Source: Magnetococcales bacterium (GTDB lineage: Bacteria > Pseudomonadota > Magnetococcia > Magnetococcales > Magnetaquicoccaceae). From it: 47,826 nucleotides of DNA. Location: assembly GCA_015232705.1 (NCBI GenBank), contig JADFZD010000001.1, forward strand, positions 1-47,826, in the 5' to 3' direction. The translations under genes were made by a program, and so were the position numbers. How positions within the stretch are numbered: the first letter of the stretch is position 1; each line of letters opens with the position of its first letter. Below the pieces are notes generated by a model. The model made no database searches. It was not told the DNA's origin and saw nothing but the letters and a program-made list of their open reading frames with translations. Below, in pieces: positions 1 to 8,923 of the stretch.

Positions 1-445
1 CTTCCTGAGCCACTTCGAAGAAACGGGCGGCACCGGCATACTCCAGGCCGTCGAGCAGCTCTTCGTGCTTGAAGTCGAACAGATCGACGGTCATTTGACA
101 GGCGATCATCTTGACATCCGACTCAATGGCCATCTCCATCAGATCTTCAATGGAGGCGACGCCTTTGCCGGCCATTTTCTGCTTCATCATGATGGTCGCC
201 ATGCTCTCCATGCCCGGCAGAGCCTGCACCAGCACCGGCATCGGCACCGGCATCGGCATGGCCGGATTGCCAAGCGGAGAGATCTTGAGATTGCGATTCT
301 TCTTCAAGACCTGCAAACCATAGAAGGTCCAGAAGATGGTGACCTCGTAATCCAATGCCGCTGCCGTGGTGGCCAGGATCAACGGCGGATAGGCGAAGTC
401 CAGCGTGCCTTTGGTGGCGATGATCGCCAAACGTTTCTGCGCCAT
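1..445 (-). CDS. dsrE2: DsrE2-type sulfurtransferase (DsrE/DsrF/DrsH-like), runs off the window start
   Basis: Hand translation from ATG 445: MAQKRLAIIATKGTLDFAYPPLILATTAAALDYEVTIFWTFYGL...MIACQMTVDLF...AGAARF. Typical DsrE2 motifs; directly downstream of tusA. Not in the ORF track because the stop lies outside the window. Confidence 0.9.
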   Translation of the reverse strand, partial: MAQKRLAIIATKGTLDFAYPPLILATTAAALDYEVTIFWTFYGLQVLKKNRNLKISPLGNPAMPMPVPMPVLVQALPGMESMATIMMKQKMAGKGVASIEDLMEMAIESDVKMIACQMTVDLFDFKHEELLDGLEYAGAARFFEVAQE

Positions 446-470
446 GTCGGTTGACTCCTCGGTCGAATGA

Positions 471-695
471 TCAGGGCTTGCGGATTTCGTAGTAGAAGAC
501 GCCAGCCGCTTCCGAAGCCTTGACCAGTTCGTTGCCGGTCTGCGAGCAGAACGATTCGAAATCCTTGGCAGAACCGGGATCCGTGGCCTCGATGGCGAGA
601 ATCTGTCCGGATGTCATGTCCTTGAGAGCTTTTTTGGCGCGCAGGATGGGGAGCGGGCAGTTCAGCCCCTTGGCGTCGAGGGTGATGTCAGCCAT
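471..695 (-). CDS. tusA: Sulfur carrier protein TusA
   Basis: MADITLDAKGLNCPLPILRAKKAL...ATDPGS..DF; CPxP motif; GGAGG RBS upstream of ATG 695. Confidence 0.93.
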   Translation of the reverse strand: MADITLDAKGLNCPLPILRAKKALKDMTSGQILAIEATDPGSAKDFESFCSQTGNELVKASEAAGVFYYEIRKP

Positions 696-961
696 GATAG
701 ATTTTTCCTCCGGGTTGGGTCGCTGAAACGAAAATGAGAGTGTCAAATTAGAAAAACAGCAAACTCTGTTATAGTGAATGGCATTGACGCGGGTTGCAAA
801 GAATTTTTTCTCATCTCAAGATAAAAAACTGGCACGCGCCATGAAACTGTCCCTTGATGGGGGGAGGCCCCCTCACTCTTCTTGACGTGTACCGTCCCTG
901 AAATGGGACTTCATGCTCAATGTGTCAGGAATCAACTCTCCAGCCTTGGACGAAAACGGCC

Positions 962-1543
962 ATGGAACATCCGATTCTGACGGTTTTCTTCGCTTTGCTC
1001 GTTTTGATCGCGCTCTTCTGGTTTCTTTTGAGACTCCGCAGTTTGCGCGAGGATGCCATTCAGGATGAGATGCCGCCGGACAAACTGACCGTGCTGCTGG
1101 GCATGTTCTATGTGCTAAGTCGCGCCTGCCTGAACTACTACCGGGATCGCAACGCCTATCCCGCGGCGGTGAGCGGTTCGCCTGAAGGGTTGATGGAGCT
1201 GGGATATCTCAACGACGAGCCGTTGGCGCAATTGAGCAAATCCGTGAAACTCTTTTCCATCGTGGTCACGGACAAAGGGGGATATGGCATCTGTCTGGCG
1301 CACATCAAGGCGTCGGTGGCCATGGAGTTTTTGCGGCGCGTCTCGGAGACCAAGACCACCATCGAATTTCAGGACTATCGTGGCGGTCAGTACAAACCCT
1401 TGACCAGCACCGGGGATACCCTGATCAATCTCACGCTGCCCCTGCCGGTGCGTCCGATCGGCGCCAAGCCGCCTTCGCCCGTGGATGCGGTGGCAACGGG
1501 CGCAACACCCGTGCCGGTCGCCAGCGACGATGATGCCGAGTGA
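962..1543 (+). CDS. Hypothetical protein with N-terminal membrane anchor
   Basis: Hydrophobic ILTVFFALLVLIALFWFLL; start could instead be 920. Confidence 0.65.
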   Translation: MEHPILTVFFALLVLIALFWFLLRLRSLREDAIQDEMPPDKLTVLLGMFYVLSRACLNYYRDRNAYPAAVSGSPEGLMELGYLNDEPLAQLSKSVKLFSIVVTDKGGYGICLAHIKASVAMEFLRRVSETKTTIEFQDYRGGQYKPLTSTGDTLINLTLPLPVRPIGAKPPSPVDAVATGATPVPVASDDDAE

Positions 1544-1559
1544 ACCGTTGCCTTGCACG

Positions 1560-1646
1560 AACGAATCTCCAAGGTCATGCCACGCAACCCGGGAGCCGCT
1601 GGATCACACCAACGAGCCTCCAAGGCCATGCCGCACACACCCGGGA
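1560..1646. repeat. Two-copy imperfect direct repeat (~35-bp unit, 51-bp period)
   Basis: aacgaatctccaaggtcatgccacgcaacccggga vs aacgagcctccaaggccatgccgcacacacccggga, between convergent genes. Confidence 0.6.
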
Positions 1647-1706
1647 CTCACCCGGAAGCCGCCGGTCGCTCAGCCGGATGGCGTCGCTAAGTTGTGATCC
1701 GCCGGA

Positions 1707-2279
1707 TCATTCAGCCGGACGGGCATCCTGAGCCTTCTTGCGCACCGCCTTTTCGATCTGACGGGCGGTCTCGCTGTCCGAGGGGGCATCCTGCCAGTTG
1801 CCATCGCCGCGCAGGGTCTGTTTGAGAACCACCACCTTCACATCTCCATAGGGTGCCTGACCCGATACCCGGATGTTGACGCGATAGCGGATTCGCGGAT
1901 CGTTGGGATCGATCTTCCAGTCCGTGGAGATGAATCCCCCCTCACGATTGGCCACCTGCACCGGCAGTTCCATCACGACATCCATGGCGCCGGCATAGAG
2001 TTTGTTCTGCCGGATCTGCTCCTGGGAGAGCTTGGTGCCTCCACCGCCCATGCCGCCCATGGTGAAAAAGCTCTCCTGACCGAGCAATTCGGCAGAGCTG
2101 TTCTCCGTGCGTCCCTCCTGGGCATCTTCACGTGCCTTTTTTTGGCCGAATTTGGCCAGCTTTTGTTGCTCCAGGGTATTGGGGTTGCTGAAAAAGGAGT
2201 TGGAACAACCGGAGACAGACAGGGCCAAAGCGGTGATCGCCACGCTCATGAGTCGGATTTTCATGGAGGTATCTTTCAT
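1707..2279 (-). CDS. DUF3576-like lipoprotein
   Basis: Lipobox VSGC; GGFISTDW...RYRVNIRV...GNWQDAP...ARQIE resembles DUF3576. Confidence 0.75.
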   Translation of the reverse strand: MKDTSMKIRLMSVAITALALSVSGCSNSFFSNPNTLEQQKLAKFGQKKAREDAQEGRTENSSAELLGQESFFTMGGMGGGGTKLSQEQIRQNKLYAGAMDVVMELPVQVANREGGFISTDWKIDPNDPRIRYRVNIRVSGQAPYGDVKVVVLKQTLRGDGNWQDAPSDSETARQIEKAVRKKAQDARPAE

Positions 2280-2300
2280 TAGATTGGATCGGAGGTGACT

Positions 2301-2441
2301 AGGGCGTGTTGACCTATTGCGTCACCGGCCTGGATACGGCGTTGCGACGCCCCTTCGCGGCTCACATACGACCGTGGATGCCGCGCAGCTCTCGTTCCGC
2401 CTTGTCAGAAGGTTCCCAGCCTTCATATGTCAACACGCCCT
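2301..2441. repeat. Palindromic MITE-like element, family A copy 1
   Basis: Terminal inverted repeats agggcgtgttgac...gtcaacacgccct; internal gatacggcgttgcgacg / cgccttg arms. Confidence 0.85.
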
Positions 2442-2561
2442 CAAGGAACGTTTTTGTACCGCATCCATTATGAAGCAAAATCGCGGCGTGGGGAATGCAT
2501 CTCCCGAGCGCAAACGGATTTTTTTGACGATGGTGCCCTGGATCGCATGACCCAGGGGATT

Positions 2562-3461
2562 TCATCGATCCTCCCGCCCTTCGAGCAGACGTGCGATGAT
2601 CTTGCCATCCCGTCGATCCAGGGAGTGATCCGCGCCACTCTGGATGGCGTCTCCCGTATGCTCCTTCAAGGCTGCGACGCGCGCCATGTCTTGGCTCCAG
2701 GCGGGCACGGTGTTGTCGCCATACAGGGCAAACCCCTCACGTCGCATGATCGAGATATAGCGCGCCTTGGGATGGGGTTGACGGTTGAGCTGATAGAGGA
2801 AATTGCCTGGTCGTTCCCGTTCCAGTTCGGCATAGAGGGTGCGTGAGCGGTTCAGGGTATCGACGCCCATCATCGGAGCCATCATCGATAACGGGGTCGA
2901 AGCCAGAAGCCCGGCCATTTCGGCCTTGTCGGTTCCCAGATGCGGCGTGGCGATGGTGATCAGCGTGTCGATGGCCAAATCCGGGGCGCGCACCATCAGC
3001 AGACGCGCCACCACGCCACCCGCCGAATGGCCGATCAGAATGCTCTTCTCCGTACCGCGTCGGGCGCGCAGGGTGGTGATGATCCCACGCAACCCTTCGG
3101 CCTGGACGCTGAGTGAGGCTTCGGACGGGAGATCGGCCAACAGATATCCGCGCCCTTGAGCGCGGGTGATCGGAGCGCGTTCAACCACCTCGCGACCGGT
3201 GGCGATCATCCGGCCAATGCCCATCCAGCCGGCAGCCTCCAGCGCTTCGGTCACTCCGGCCTGTTGCCATGCATCGTCGCCGCTGAAATAGCCATGCACC
3301 AGAATCGCCACGTCGGCTTGCGCTGCGCATGGCCCGATCCAGGGCAACATGAGCACCACAACAAGAAGGCGCGTAAAAAAAGCGCATTGCCAGGCAATGC
3401 GCTTTAAAGATGCGGTATCCCTTCCGCACGATGGGGGGGAGAAAACAGACCGGTTAATCAC
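2562..3461 (-). CDS. Secreted alpha/beta hydrolase (lipase/esterase-like)
   Basis: VHG oxyanion motif, GHSAGG nucleophile elbow, IATPHLG, late D and H; signal-like segment; true start may be downstream. Confidence 0.85.
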   Translation of the reverse strand: MINRSVFSPPSCGRDTASLKRIAWQCAFFTRLLVVVLMLPWIGPCAAQADVAILVHGYFSGDDAWQQAGVTEALEAAGWMGIGRMIATGREVVERAPITRAQGRGYLLADLPSEASLSVQAEGLRGIITTLRARRGTEKSILIGHSAGGVVARLLMVRAPDLAIDTLITIATPHLGTDKAEMAGLLASTPLSMMAPMMGVDTLNRSRTLYAELERERPGNFLYQLNRQPHPKARYISIMRREGFALYGDNTVPAWSQDMARVAALKEHTGDAIQSGADHSLDRRDGKIIARLLEGREDR

Positions 3462-3660
3462 GCTTCTCCAGGGCCTTCAGGAAGAAGGACTGAAAATCAT
3501 TGCCTTCGCCTTCGGCGAGCGTCGATTGAGAAAAGCCGGGTCGGCTGGTGGAGATCCGAGCCTGGACGCCAGTTCCCGGTTCCACGACCTGCCGGGTCTC
3601 ACGGCTCCGATCCACCCGACGGTAGAGTTGCAACAAGACTGGATACGATACGCTGATCAT
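3454..3660 (-). CDS. Small hypothetical protein (68 aa)
   Basis: GAGGA RBS before ATG 3660; stop overlaps hydrolase start. Confidence 0.55.
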   Translation of the reverse strand: MISVSYPVLLQLYRRVDRSRETRQVVEPGTGVQARISTSRPGFSQSTLAEGEGNDFQSFFLKALEKRD

Positions 3661-3784
3661 GGTTTCCTCGCCGTTCATGCGTGACATAAAGAACTGTCGT
3701 GGCCTTTATGATCATTGGATCGACCAATTTTTCGGTTTTCTTGATCTCTTTTTTGGTCTGAGGTTGGAATTTTTCGGCTGGGAT

Positions 3785-3914
3785 TGCCAAAGGCGCAAAA
3801 CGATTCCGTAAGCCTTGGCTGGCGCGAAGATGTTTTCACAAAAAGCGTGAAGGAATCATTCATTGGAAAGAAGCGCCTAAAACTAAGGTCAAAACCAAAA
3901 CCTCAGAGGCTTAA
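3785..3914 (-). repeat. Repeat family C, partial inverted copy
   Basis: Reverse complement contains ttcgcgccagccaaggcttacggaatcgttttgcgcctttggc, matching ~43836-43877. Confidence 0.7.
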
Positions 3915-4155
3915 GCCGCTCCCATCACGGGATAGGTCGTTTTCCAACAGGCCGCGTGCACGATGTGGGAGTCGTTTCCAAAAAACGGAAACGACTCCCA
4001 CGAAGGCGGCGCGCCGCGTATTTTTCGCAAAAGACGCGAAAAATGCTTCTTTTGAACAGCGCGCTCACGTCAAAATCAAAACCCTGGGAGACGAATCTCC
4101 CAGACCCTCTCTTCTTTTTACCCGTAAAAACGACACATTCCAAGATGGGTGCGGT
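3915..4155. mobile_element. MITE-like element, family B copy 1 (241 bp, TTAA-flanked)
   Basis: Imperfect ~30-bp TIRs gccgctcccatcacgggataggtcgtttt / aaaacgacacattccaagatgggtgcggt; TTAA at 3911-3914 and 4156-4159; internal hairpins gggagtcgtttcc..ggaaacgactccc and ctgggagacgaatctcccag; inverted copies at 41483 and 47650. Confidence 0.75.
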
Positions 4156-4159
4156 TTAA

Positions 4160-4247
4160 AGTCAAAGAGACACGTCAAAGACAAAACCTCGGAGGCTTAA
4201 GCCTTCTGAACCTCCGCCAGGGATCGAGCCGATCCCCGGATCCCTGC
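4160..4247 (-). repeat. Repeat family C, double-hairpin end, inverted
   Basis: Reverse complement gcagggatccggggatcggctcgatccctggcggaggttcagaaggcttaagcctccgaggttttg matches 6089-6145 and 43738-43801. Confidence 0.75.
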
Positions 4248-4248
4248 T

Positions 4249-4392
4249 AAGGCGTGTTGACATCGTGCGTCAGCGGCCTTGATACGGCGTTGCGACGCCG
4301 CTTCTCTGCTTACATACTACCGTGTATGCTGGGCTGCTCGGGTCGTCGCGCCTTGTCTGAAGGCTCGCTGCCTTCATATGTCAACACGCCCT
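4249..4392. repeat. Palindromic MITE-like element, family A copy 2
   Basis: aaggcgtgttgacat...atgtcaacacgccct with central catac..gtatg hairpin. Confidence 0.85.
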
Positions 4393-4470
4393 GGCGTTGG
4401 ATACCTGAATCGAGACCCAAGACAATCCATCCAGGGCAAGGTTCGGAACAGCCGGGCCGGTCACCCGTTC

Positions 4471-6057
4471 TCATCGAGGATTCCGCCTCCGTCGGCTCAA
4501 GAACTGATGATACAACTCCGAAACCCCGGACTCCCGTCCGACGGACTCCACCACCTGCCGCGCCCGGTCGCCATCAAACTCTTCGATCACCTGTGCCACG
4601 ATCTGCTGGTTGTTGCGTGCCAACCGCTCCAGCAAAGCCTCAGCCGAACGGGCGAAACTCGACGACATGCGCTCGTTGAAACCCTCCACCGCGGAAACCA
4701 GGGCCTCCACCGTCTCGCGATTGGCCCGTGTCGCGCCTTCGCTGGCCTGCCGTGTCTCGCGGGCCAATTCGCTCAACCCCTCCAATCCCTCGGATTGGCG
4801 TTCCAGCGCCCGGGCGGCCATCTCCATGCGATCCACGATCCGCATCCACGACTCCTGCTCGCCGCGTGACACCATGGCCGATGATTCGACGGAGCGTACC
4901 AACAACGGCTGGATCTCGCGAGCCAGGTGCAGCGCCAGTTCCCGTACCACATGACGACCCTCTTCGCGCAACGATTCGATCAGCGGACGCCAAGCGTTCG
5001 GGTCCGGTGCGATCAGCGTGGTGGCAGTTCCCTGCACGGGGAGGGACTCCTCCGGGGCAGTCAGCATCGGGCTGGAGGTGGAAGGATCCGGCAGGCGAGC
5101 GCGGATGAGATCGCGAAGTTTGTCGTTCTCTTCGCGCAAGGTGGTGACCACCGGCTCCAGGGAGAGCGAGATCTGGGGAACTGCTGGTGGCGCGTGCGGG
5201 GATTCCGGCAGGCGAGCGCGGATAAGATCGCGGAGTTTGTCGTTCTCCTCGCGCAAGGTGGCGATCACCGGCTCCAGGGAGAGCGAAGTGGATGGGTGAC
5301 GTGCCCCTTCTGATTTGGCGGATAGCGGGCGATGAGCGTTCTCTTGTCCCAGTTGTTGCATGGCGCGCAGTTGGGCATGCAGCAGTTGTTCACGGGTAAC
5401 GGACGGAAAGCGCTGCACCAGTTGTTCGCACAAGTGCCCCAGTTCCTTTTCCAGGCGTTCATGCCATGCCCGGGTGCGCCAGGAGACGATCCAGGCGGTG
5501 AAGAGACCTGAAATGGAGGCGAGGAACTTGAACGCAGCCAGACCGAGCATGGCGCGCACCGCCTGTTGTGCGGAGGCGGCATCGCCGGGCACGAGTCCTG
5601 TGGCAGCCACCTGCAATGCGCCGAGGAGTCCGATGAAGGTGAACAGCACACCGGCTCCGATCAGGTGGAGCGGCAGAATGCGCAAGCGTTCGGCGTGTGG
5701 GTTTGATTTTGAGAGAGCGGCCAGTTCGAAATGGGTGTTGGGGTGCGCAGTGCGCAGGATGGAGGTATTGGGGGCATCGTGATCGATCAGGGTGACCACG
5801 AAATTTTGCCAAGCCGCTCCCAGTCTGGGCAGGTGTTCCATGCCGGCATGCAGGCGTCGGAAATGTGGGGCAAATGATTCCGGGGAGTCCGGGGTTTCGT
5901 CACACAGTTGACGTGCGGTGTGGATCTCCTGGCGCAGGGGATCCAGCCAGGCGTCGCGGGTGAACCACCAGGCAGCCATGGCCCATATGGGCAGCAGGTC
6001 TGCGGCGATCCAGGGAAGCGCAGGGTGGTTGAGCAGTTGAATCAGCCAGTCAAACAT
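4471..6057 (-). CDS. ZorA-like / MotA-TolQ-ExbB-fold membrane protein with long helical tail (528 aa)
   Basis: Three TM segments including LIGAGVLFTFIGLLGAL and AFKFLASISGLFTAWI, then a long predicted helical tail. Start placed at ATG 6057 because the longer track ORF reads through repeat C. Confidence 0.7.
   Translation of the reverse strand: MFDWLIQLLNHPALPWIAADLLPIWAMAAWWFTRDAWLDPLRQEIHTARQLCDETPDSPESFAPHFRRLHAGMEHLPRLGAAWQNFVVTLIDHDAPNTSILRTAHPNTHFELAALSKSNPHAERLRILPLHLIGAGVLFTFIGLLGALQVAATGLVPGDAASAQQAVRAMLGLAAFKFLASISGLFTAWIVSWRTRAWHERLEKELGHLCEQLVQRFPSVTREQLLHAQLRAMQQLGQENAHRPLSAKSEGARHPSTSLSLEPVIATLREENDKLRDLIRARLPESPHAPPAVPQISLSLEPVVTTLREENDKLRDLIRARLPDPSTSSPMLTAPEESLPVQGTATTLIAPDPNAWRPLIESLREEGRHVVRELALHLAREIQPLLVRSVESSAMVSRGEQESWMRIVDRMEMAARALERQSEGLEGLSELARETRQASEGATRANRETVEALVSAVEGFNERMSSSFARSAEALLERLARNNQQIVAQVIEEFDGDRARQVVESVGRESGVSELYHQFLSRRRRNPR
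5087..5286 (-). repeat. In-frame intragenic duplication (117-bp period)
   Basis: SLSLEPV(I/V)(A/T)TLREENDKLRDLIRARLP encoded twice. Confidence 0.9.
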
Positions 6058-6080
6058 GATGCGTATCGATACAAAGGTGA

Positions 6081-6378
6081 CAACTGTTGCAGGGGGCCGG
6101 GAACCGAAGGTCCCCGGCAGAGGTCCGGAGGCAGAGCCTCCGAGGTTTTCTCTTTGCTTTTGATGTTTTATCTTTACGGTGTGTCTTTGAATGTGCCTTT
6201 GGCGCGCTGCTATACAAAAAAAGCGATTTTCACGTGTTTTGTGAAAATCGCTTGCGCGCAGCCTTGGCTGCGGGATCGCTTTGCGATGTGTGCAAAATGA
6301 TCCCGCGAATTTGGCCAGAGTAACAGGCCGCCAGAGGCGGCAAACTGCCGCGAGCAATTCGCCATGGGTCGTTGCCGA
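6081..6378 (+). repeat. Repeat family C, long copy
   Basis: caactgttgc...ccggcagaggtccggaggcagagcctccgaggtttt...caggccgcc...ctgccgc...tcgttgc, colinear with 43730-43960. Confidence 0.8.
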
Positions 6379-6466
6379 TTGGTTGGATGGGGGGGAGACC
6401 CTTCTCATACCCCCCCGCCAACAGGAATCCGGAATCAGGCCGCACCCGCAAAAAACCGAACCTACC

Positions 6467-7336
6467 CTATCCATCCACACTGTGCCATCTGCGAAACGCC
6501 TCGATCACCACCGCCTTTACCTGGGCATGATAGTGACCGTAACGGTCGCGCAACGATCCCACCTGGCCGGTGTCATCCGTGGCTGTGGTCAGACTCTGGG
6601 CATTGGGCAGGGCGTTCTCGAAAACCGGTATGCCCAGTCGATCCGCCAAAACATGTACCTGCCCGATGTTGCGATGATACTGCTGACCGCGCTTGTCCAC
6701 ACGGTTGAGCAGCAGACCCAGACAGGTCGGTCGCATCCCGCCACCCCGTTCACGGGCATAATGGATCATCTCCAGAGTGTCCGGCAACGCTTCCAGCGAA
6801 AACCGCGATACCTCGACTGGCACGATCACCGAGTCGCTCATGATCAGGCCATTCACTGCCAACAGATTGCGCACGTCGATGTTGCCAGGCAGATCCATCA
6901 AAACAATGTCGCAACAGGTGGCCAGAAAAGGGCGCAGCTTCTCCCGAAACGTGGTCAGACGATGCAAGGGATTGACCTCGAAGGCAAATCCACTCGCCTT
7001 GTCCGAAACCATCACCGCCACCTCACCGATCGCCGTGGCACGTCCCTTGACCAGACCAGCCGCACGCCGATGCAGATAGGAACCGATATCCACTTTTTGT
7101 CCGGCATCCAGTCGCCGTGCCAGATCTCCGACAGTCAGACCACTCTGTCGCGCCGCTTCCAGACCCTCGCGTCCCAACATCGCCACCCCACAGGATCCCT
7201 GGGGGTCCAGATCGAGCACCACAACCCGCAACGATCGTTCACGAATCACCAGCGAGGCAAGAAAATCGGCCATGAATACCGTCAAGGTCGATTTTCCCAC
7301 GCCCCCTTTGTTGTTGTAGATGGTGATCGCGTACAT
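6467..7336 (-). CDS. ParA/Soj-family ATPase
   Basis: Deviant Walker A KGGVGKST, DLDPQG, Walker B LMDLP; no parB nearby. Confidence 0.9.
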   Translation of the reverse strand: MYAITIYNNKGGVGKSTLTVFMADFLASLVIRERSLRVVVLDLDPQGSCGVAMLGREGLEAARQSGLTVGDLARRLDAGQKVDIGSYLHRRAAGLVKGRATAIGEVAVMVSDKASGFAFEVNPLHRLTTFREKLRPFLATCCDIVLMDLPGNIDVRNLLAVNGLIMSDSVIVPVEVSRFSLEALPDTLEMIHYARERGGGMRPTCLGLLLNRVDKRGQQYHRNIGQVHVLADRLGIPVFENALPNAQSLTTATDDTGQVGSLRDRYGHYHAQVKAVVIEAFRRWHSVDG

Positions 7337-7439
7337 CCGTGGACCTCAAACAACGGGTTCGGGGTTCCATCGAGTCGGCATGATCATTGCATTAATCATC
7401 CATGAAACCTGCTTCCCCAAAGCCTCGAAGGAGACTACC

Positions 7440-7631
7440 ATGAGCCGTGAAATCCAGGCACTGCAAGACAAAGTGAACTTTCTGCGCCAGACCCCGCACG
7501 TTTACGACATCGTTTCCACCCATTGCGGTGTCAAGGATCTGACGAATCTCAAAGGGATCAGCCCCGGCGCCCTGCAACGGGTGCAGCGCTACGTGGATTA
7601 CTACTACGGCATCTTTGCCTATCCCTATTGA
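7440..7631 (+). CDS. Small hypothetical protein (63 aa)
   Basis: AAGGAG RBS; MSREIQALQDKVNFLRQ...VQRYVDYYYGIFAYPY; divergent from parA. Confidence 0.65.
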   Translation: MSREIQALQDKVNFLRQTPHVYDIVSTHCGVKDLTNLKGISPGALQRVQRYVDYYYGIFAYPY

Positions 7632-7635
7632 GCCT

Positions 7636-7739
7636 GGGGCGTGTTGACATTATGCGTCTGCGGCCATGATACGGCGATGCGGCGCCGTTTGTGCGCGTCG
7701 CGCCTTGCCTGATTTCGGCCTCGATGTGTCCACACGCTT
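7636..7739. repeat. Family A copy 3 (internally shortened)
   Basis: ggggcgtgttgacat...atgtgtccacacgc; lacks the central hairpin. Confidence 0.75.
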
Positions 7740-7984
7740 ACCCAAGTGCATGAGGGGCATGATCGCTTGGGTGGCTGTTCGTGACCTCCAGGACAGCCAA
7801 TGACGGTAATACCAAAGCCGGGGAGCTTGTCGCATCACTGCCAGTCAAGCTCTCCGCGCCTTTATGCCTTCACGATGCCTCCGGATGCCACCGCGCCAAT
7901 CCCACCCTGCTTGACCCGCGACACCCCTTGAAATTCGCCAAGCGGCTGCTCAACAATCGCCAAGCCTCCAGGCCGTATGGAACT

Positions 7985-8112
7985 ATGGCGCCAGCCAGCG
8001 TCTTGATACGGCGTGGCGACGCCCCTTCGTGCCTTACATCATGCAATGCCATTCAACTCGGTACATCGCGCCTTGACGGAAGGCGCGCTGTCTTCATGGG
8101 ACAACATGCCAT
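7985..8112. repeat. Family A copy 4 (degenerate)
   Basis: cttgatacggcgtggcgacgccccttcg...cgccttg...gaagg...cttcatgggacaacatgcc. Confidence 0.6.
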
Positions 8113-8185
8113 GATTTGGCCGCGCATGCGCTGAAAAAAATCGGTCACACGGCCATTTCGCGCGTCATCCGGGCGACTGGCCTCC

Positions 8186-8920
8186 TTACCACGGCATGAA
8201 TCGGTTGATGAAGCTCATGGGACGTGAAGCGCTGTTCATGTCGTAACTCATCACGTTCATCGCGCCGGTCATGGCATGCACCGCCTGTCCCATGGAGGCG
8301 ACATTCTGACTGATCGGTGAGAGGACGTTCATTTTCTGGTTGATTTCGGTCATGCTCTTGTCCATGTTCTTGATGCTGCCATTGAGCGAGGACACGTTCT
8401 GGTTCATGCTGGCGACATTGGTGTTCATGCCGTTGACCGATTCCGTGATGTTCTCCATGTTCTCGGACATGTTTTGCAGATCCACGGACATGGTTTCCAT
8501 ATTGTCGCTGATATACTCCAGATGGGTGGACATCAGTTCGATGTTGTTGGAGAGCATGGCAATGTGGTTGGAAAGACTTCCCATGTTCACGCCCATCTTC
8601 GGGTCGATGGAGGAGGCCATGGTGCGAATATCCTGGGTAAGGCTGTAGATCAGAAAAAAGCCATACATTGCCAGGATGATGAAGGCAAACAGCGATGGAT
8701 AGACGATCAGCTCCCAACGACGGGCACTCTTGTCGAAACTCTTGGCAAACTCCGACAGGATCATGGCCGAACATTCGCCACACTCCCGGTAGCGCCCGGC
8801 GGGGACGATCGGCATATTCGGCGGCATGGATCTGATTTTGGGGGCAGCTTTCTGACCGTCCATGTTGTCCGGGCTGGTGGGATCCTGGGGAGGCTCCCGC
8901 GGTGGTGCGGTGTCCGACAT
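8186..8920 (-). CDS. Single-TM protein with long Met/Ser/Asn heptad coiled coil; putative ParA partner
   Basis: N-terminal Pro-rich region with CGEC, TM RRWELIVYPSLFAFIILAMYGFFLIYSL, heptads such as MSENMENITESVNGMNTNVASMNQNV, end RPMSFINRFMPW; starts 3 bp after the parA stop. Confidence 0.85.
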   Translation of the reverse strand: MSDTAPPREPPQDPTSPDNMDGQKAAPKIRSMPPNMPIVPAGRYRECGECSAMILSEFAKSFDKSARRWELIVYPSLFAFIILAMYGFFLIYSLTQDIRTMASSIDPKMGVNMGSLSNHIAMLSNNIELMSTHLEYISDNMETMSVDLQNMSENMENITESVNGMNTNVASMNQNVSSLNGSIKNMDKSMTEINQKMNVLSPISQNVASMGQAVHAMTGAMNVMSYDMNSASRPMSFINRFMPW

Positions 8921-8923
8921 GGA

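Noticed and set aside
3715-3747. Sigma28 promoter (tcaag...gtcgat on the minus strand) for the 68-aa ORF
   Set aside because: Spacing is one base off consensus and the -10 match is weak
3784-4200. Lys/Arg-rich ORFs over repeat regions (also 41290-41705 and 43721-44126)
   Set aside because: Translations of dispersed non-coding repeats
6058-6480. N-terminal 141 aa of the 669-aa track ORF
   Set aside because: Reads through repeat family C; protein-like sequence starts at ATG 6057
4471-7336. Complete Zorya defence system
   Set aside because: No zorB, zorC/D or zorE in the window
8186-8920. Methyl-accepting chemotaxis protein
   Set aside because: Heptads resemble MCP helices, but the conserved signalling hairpin motif is absent
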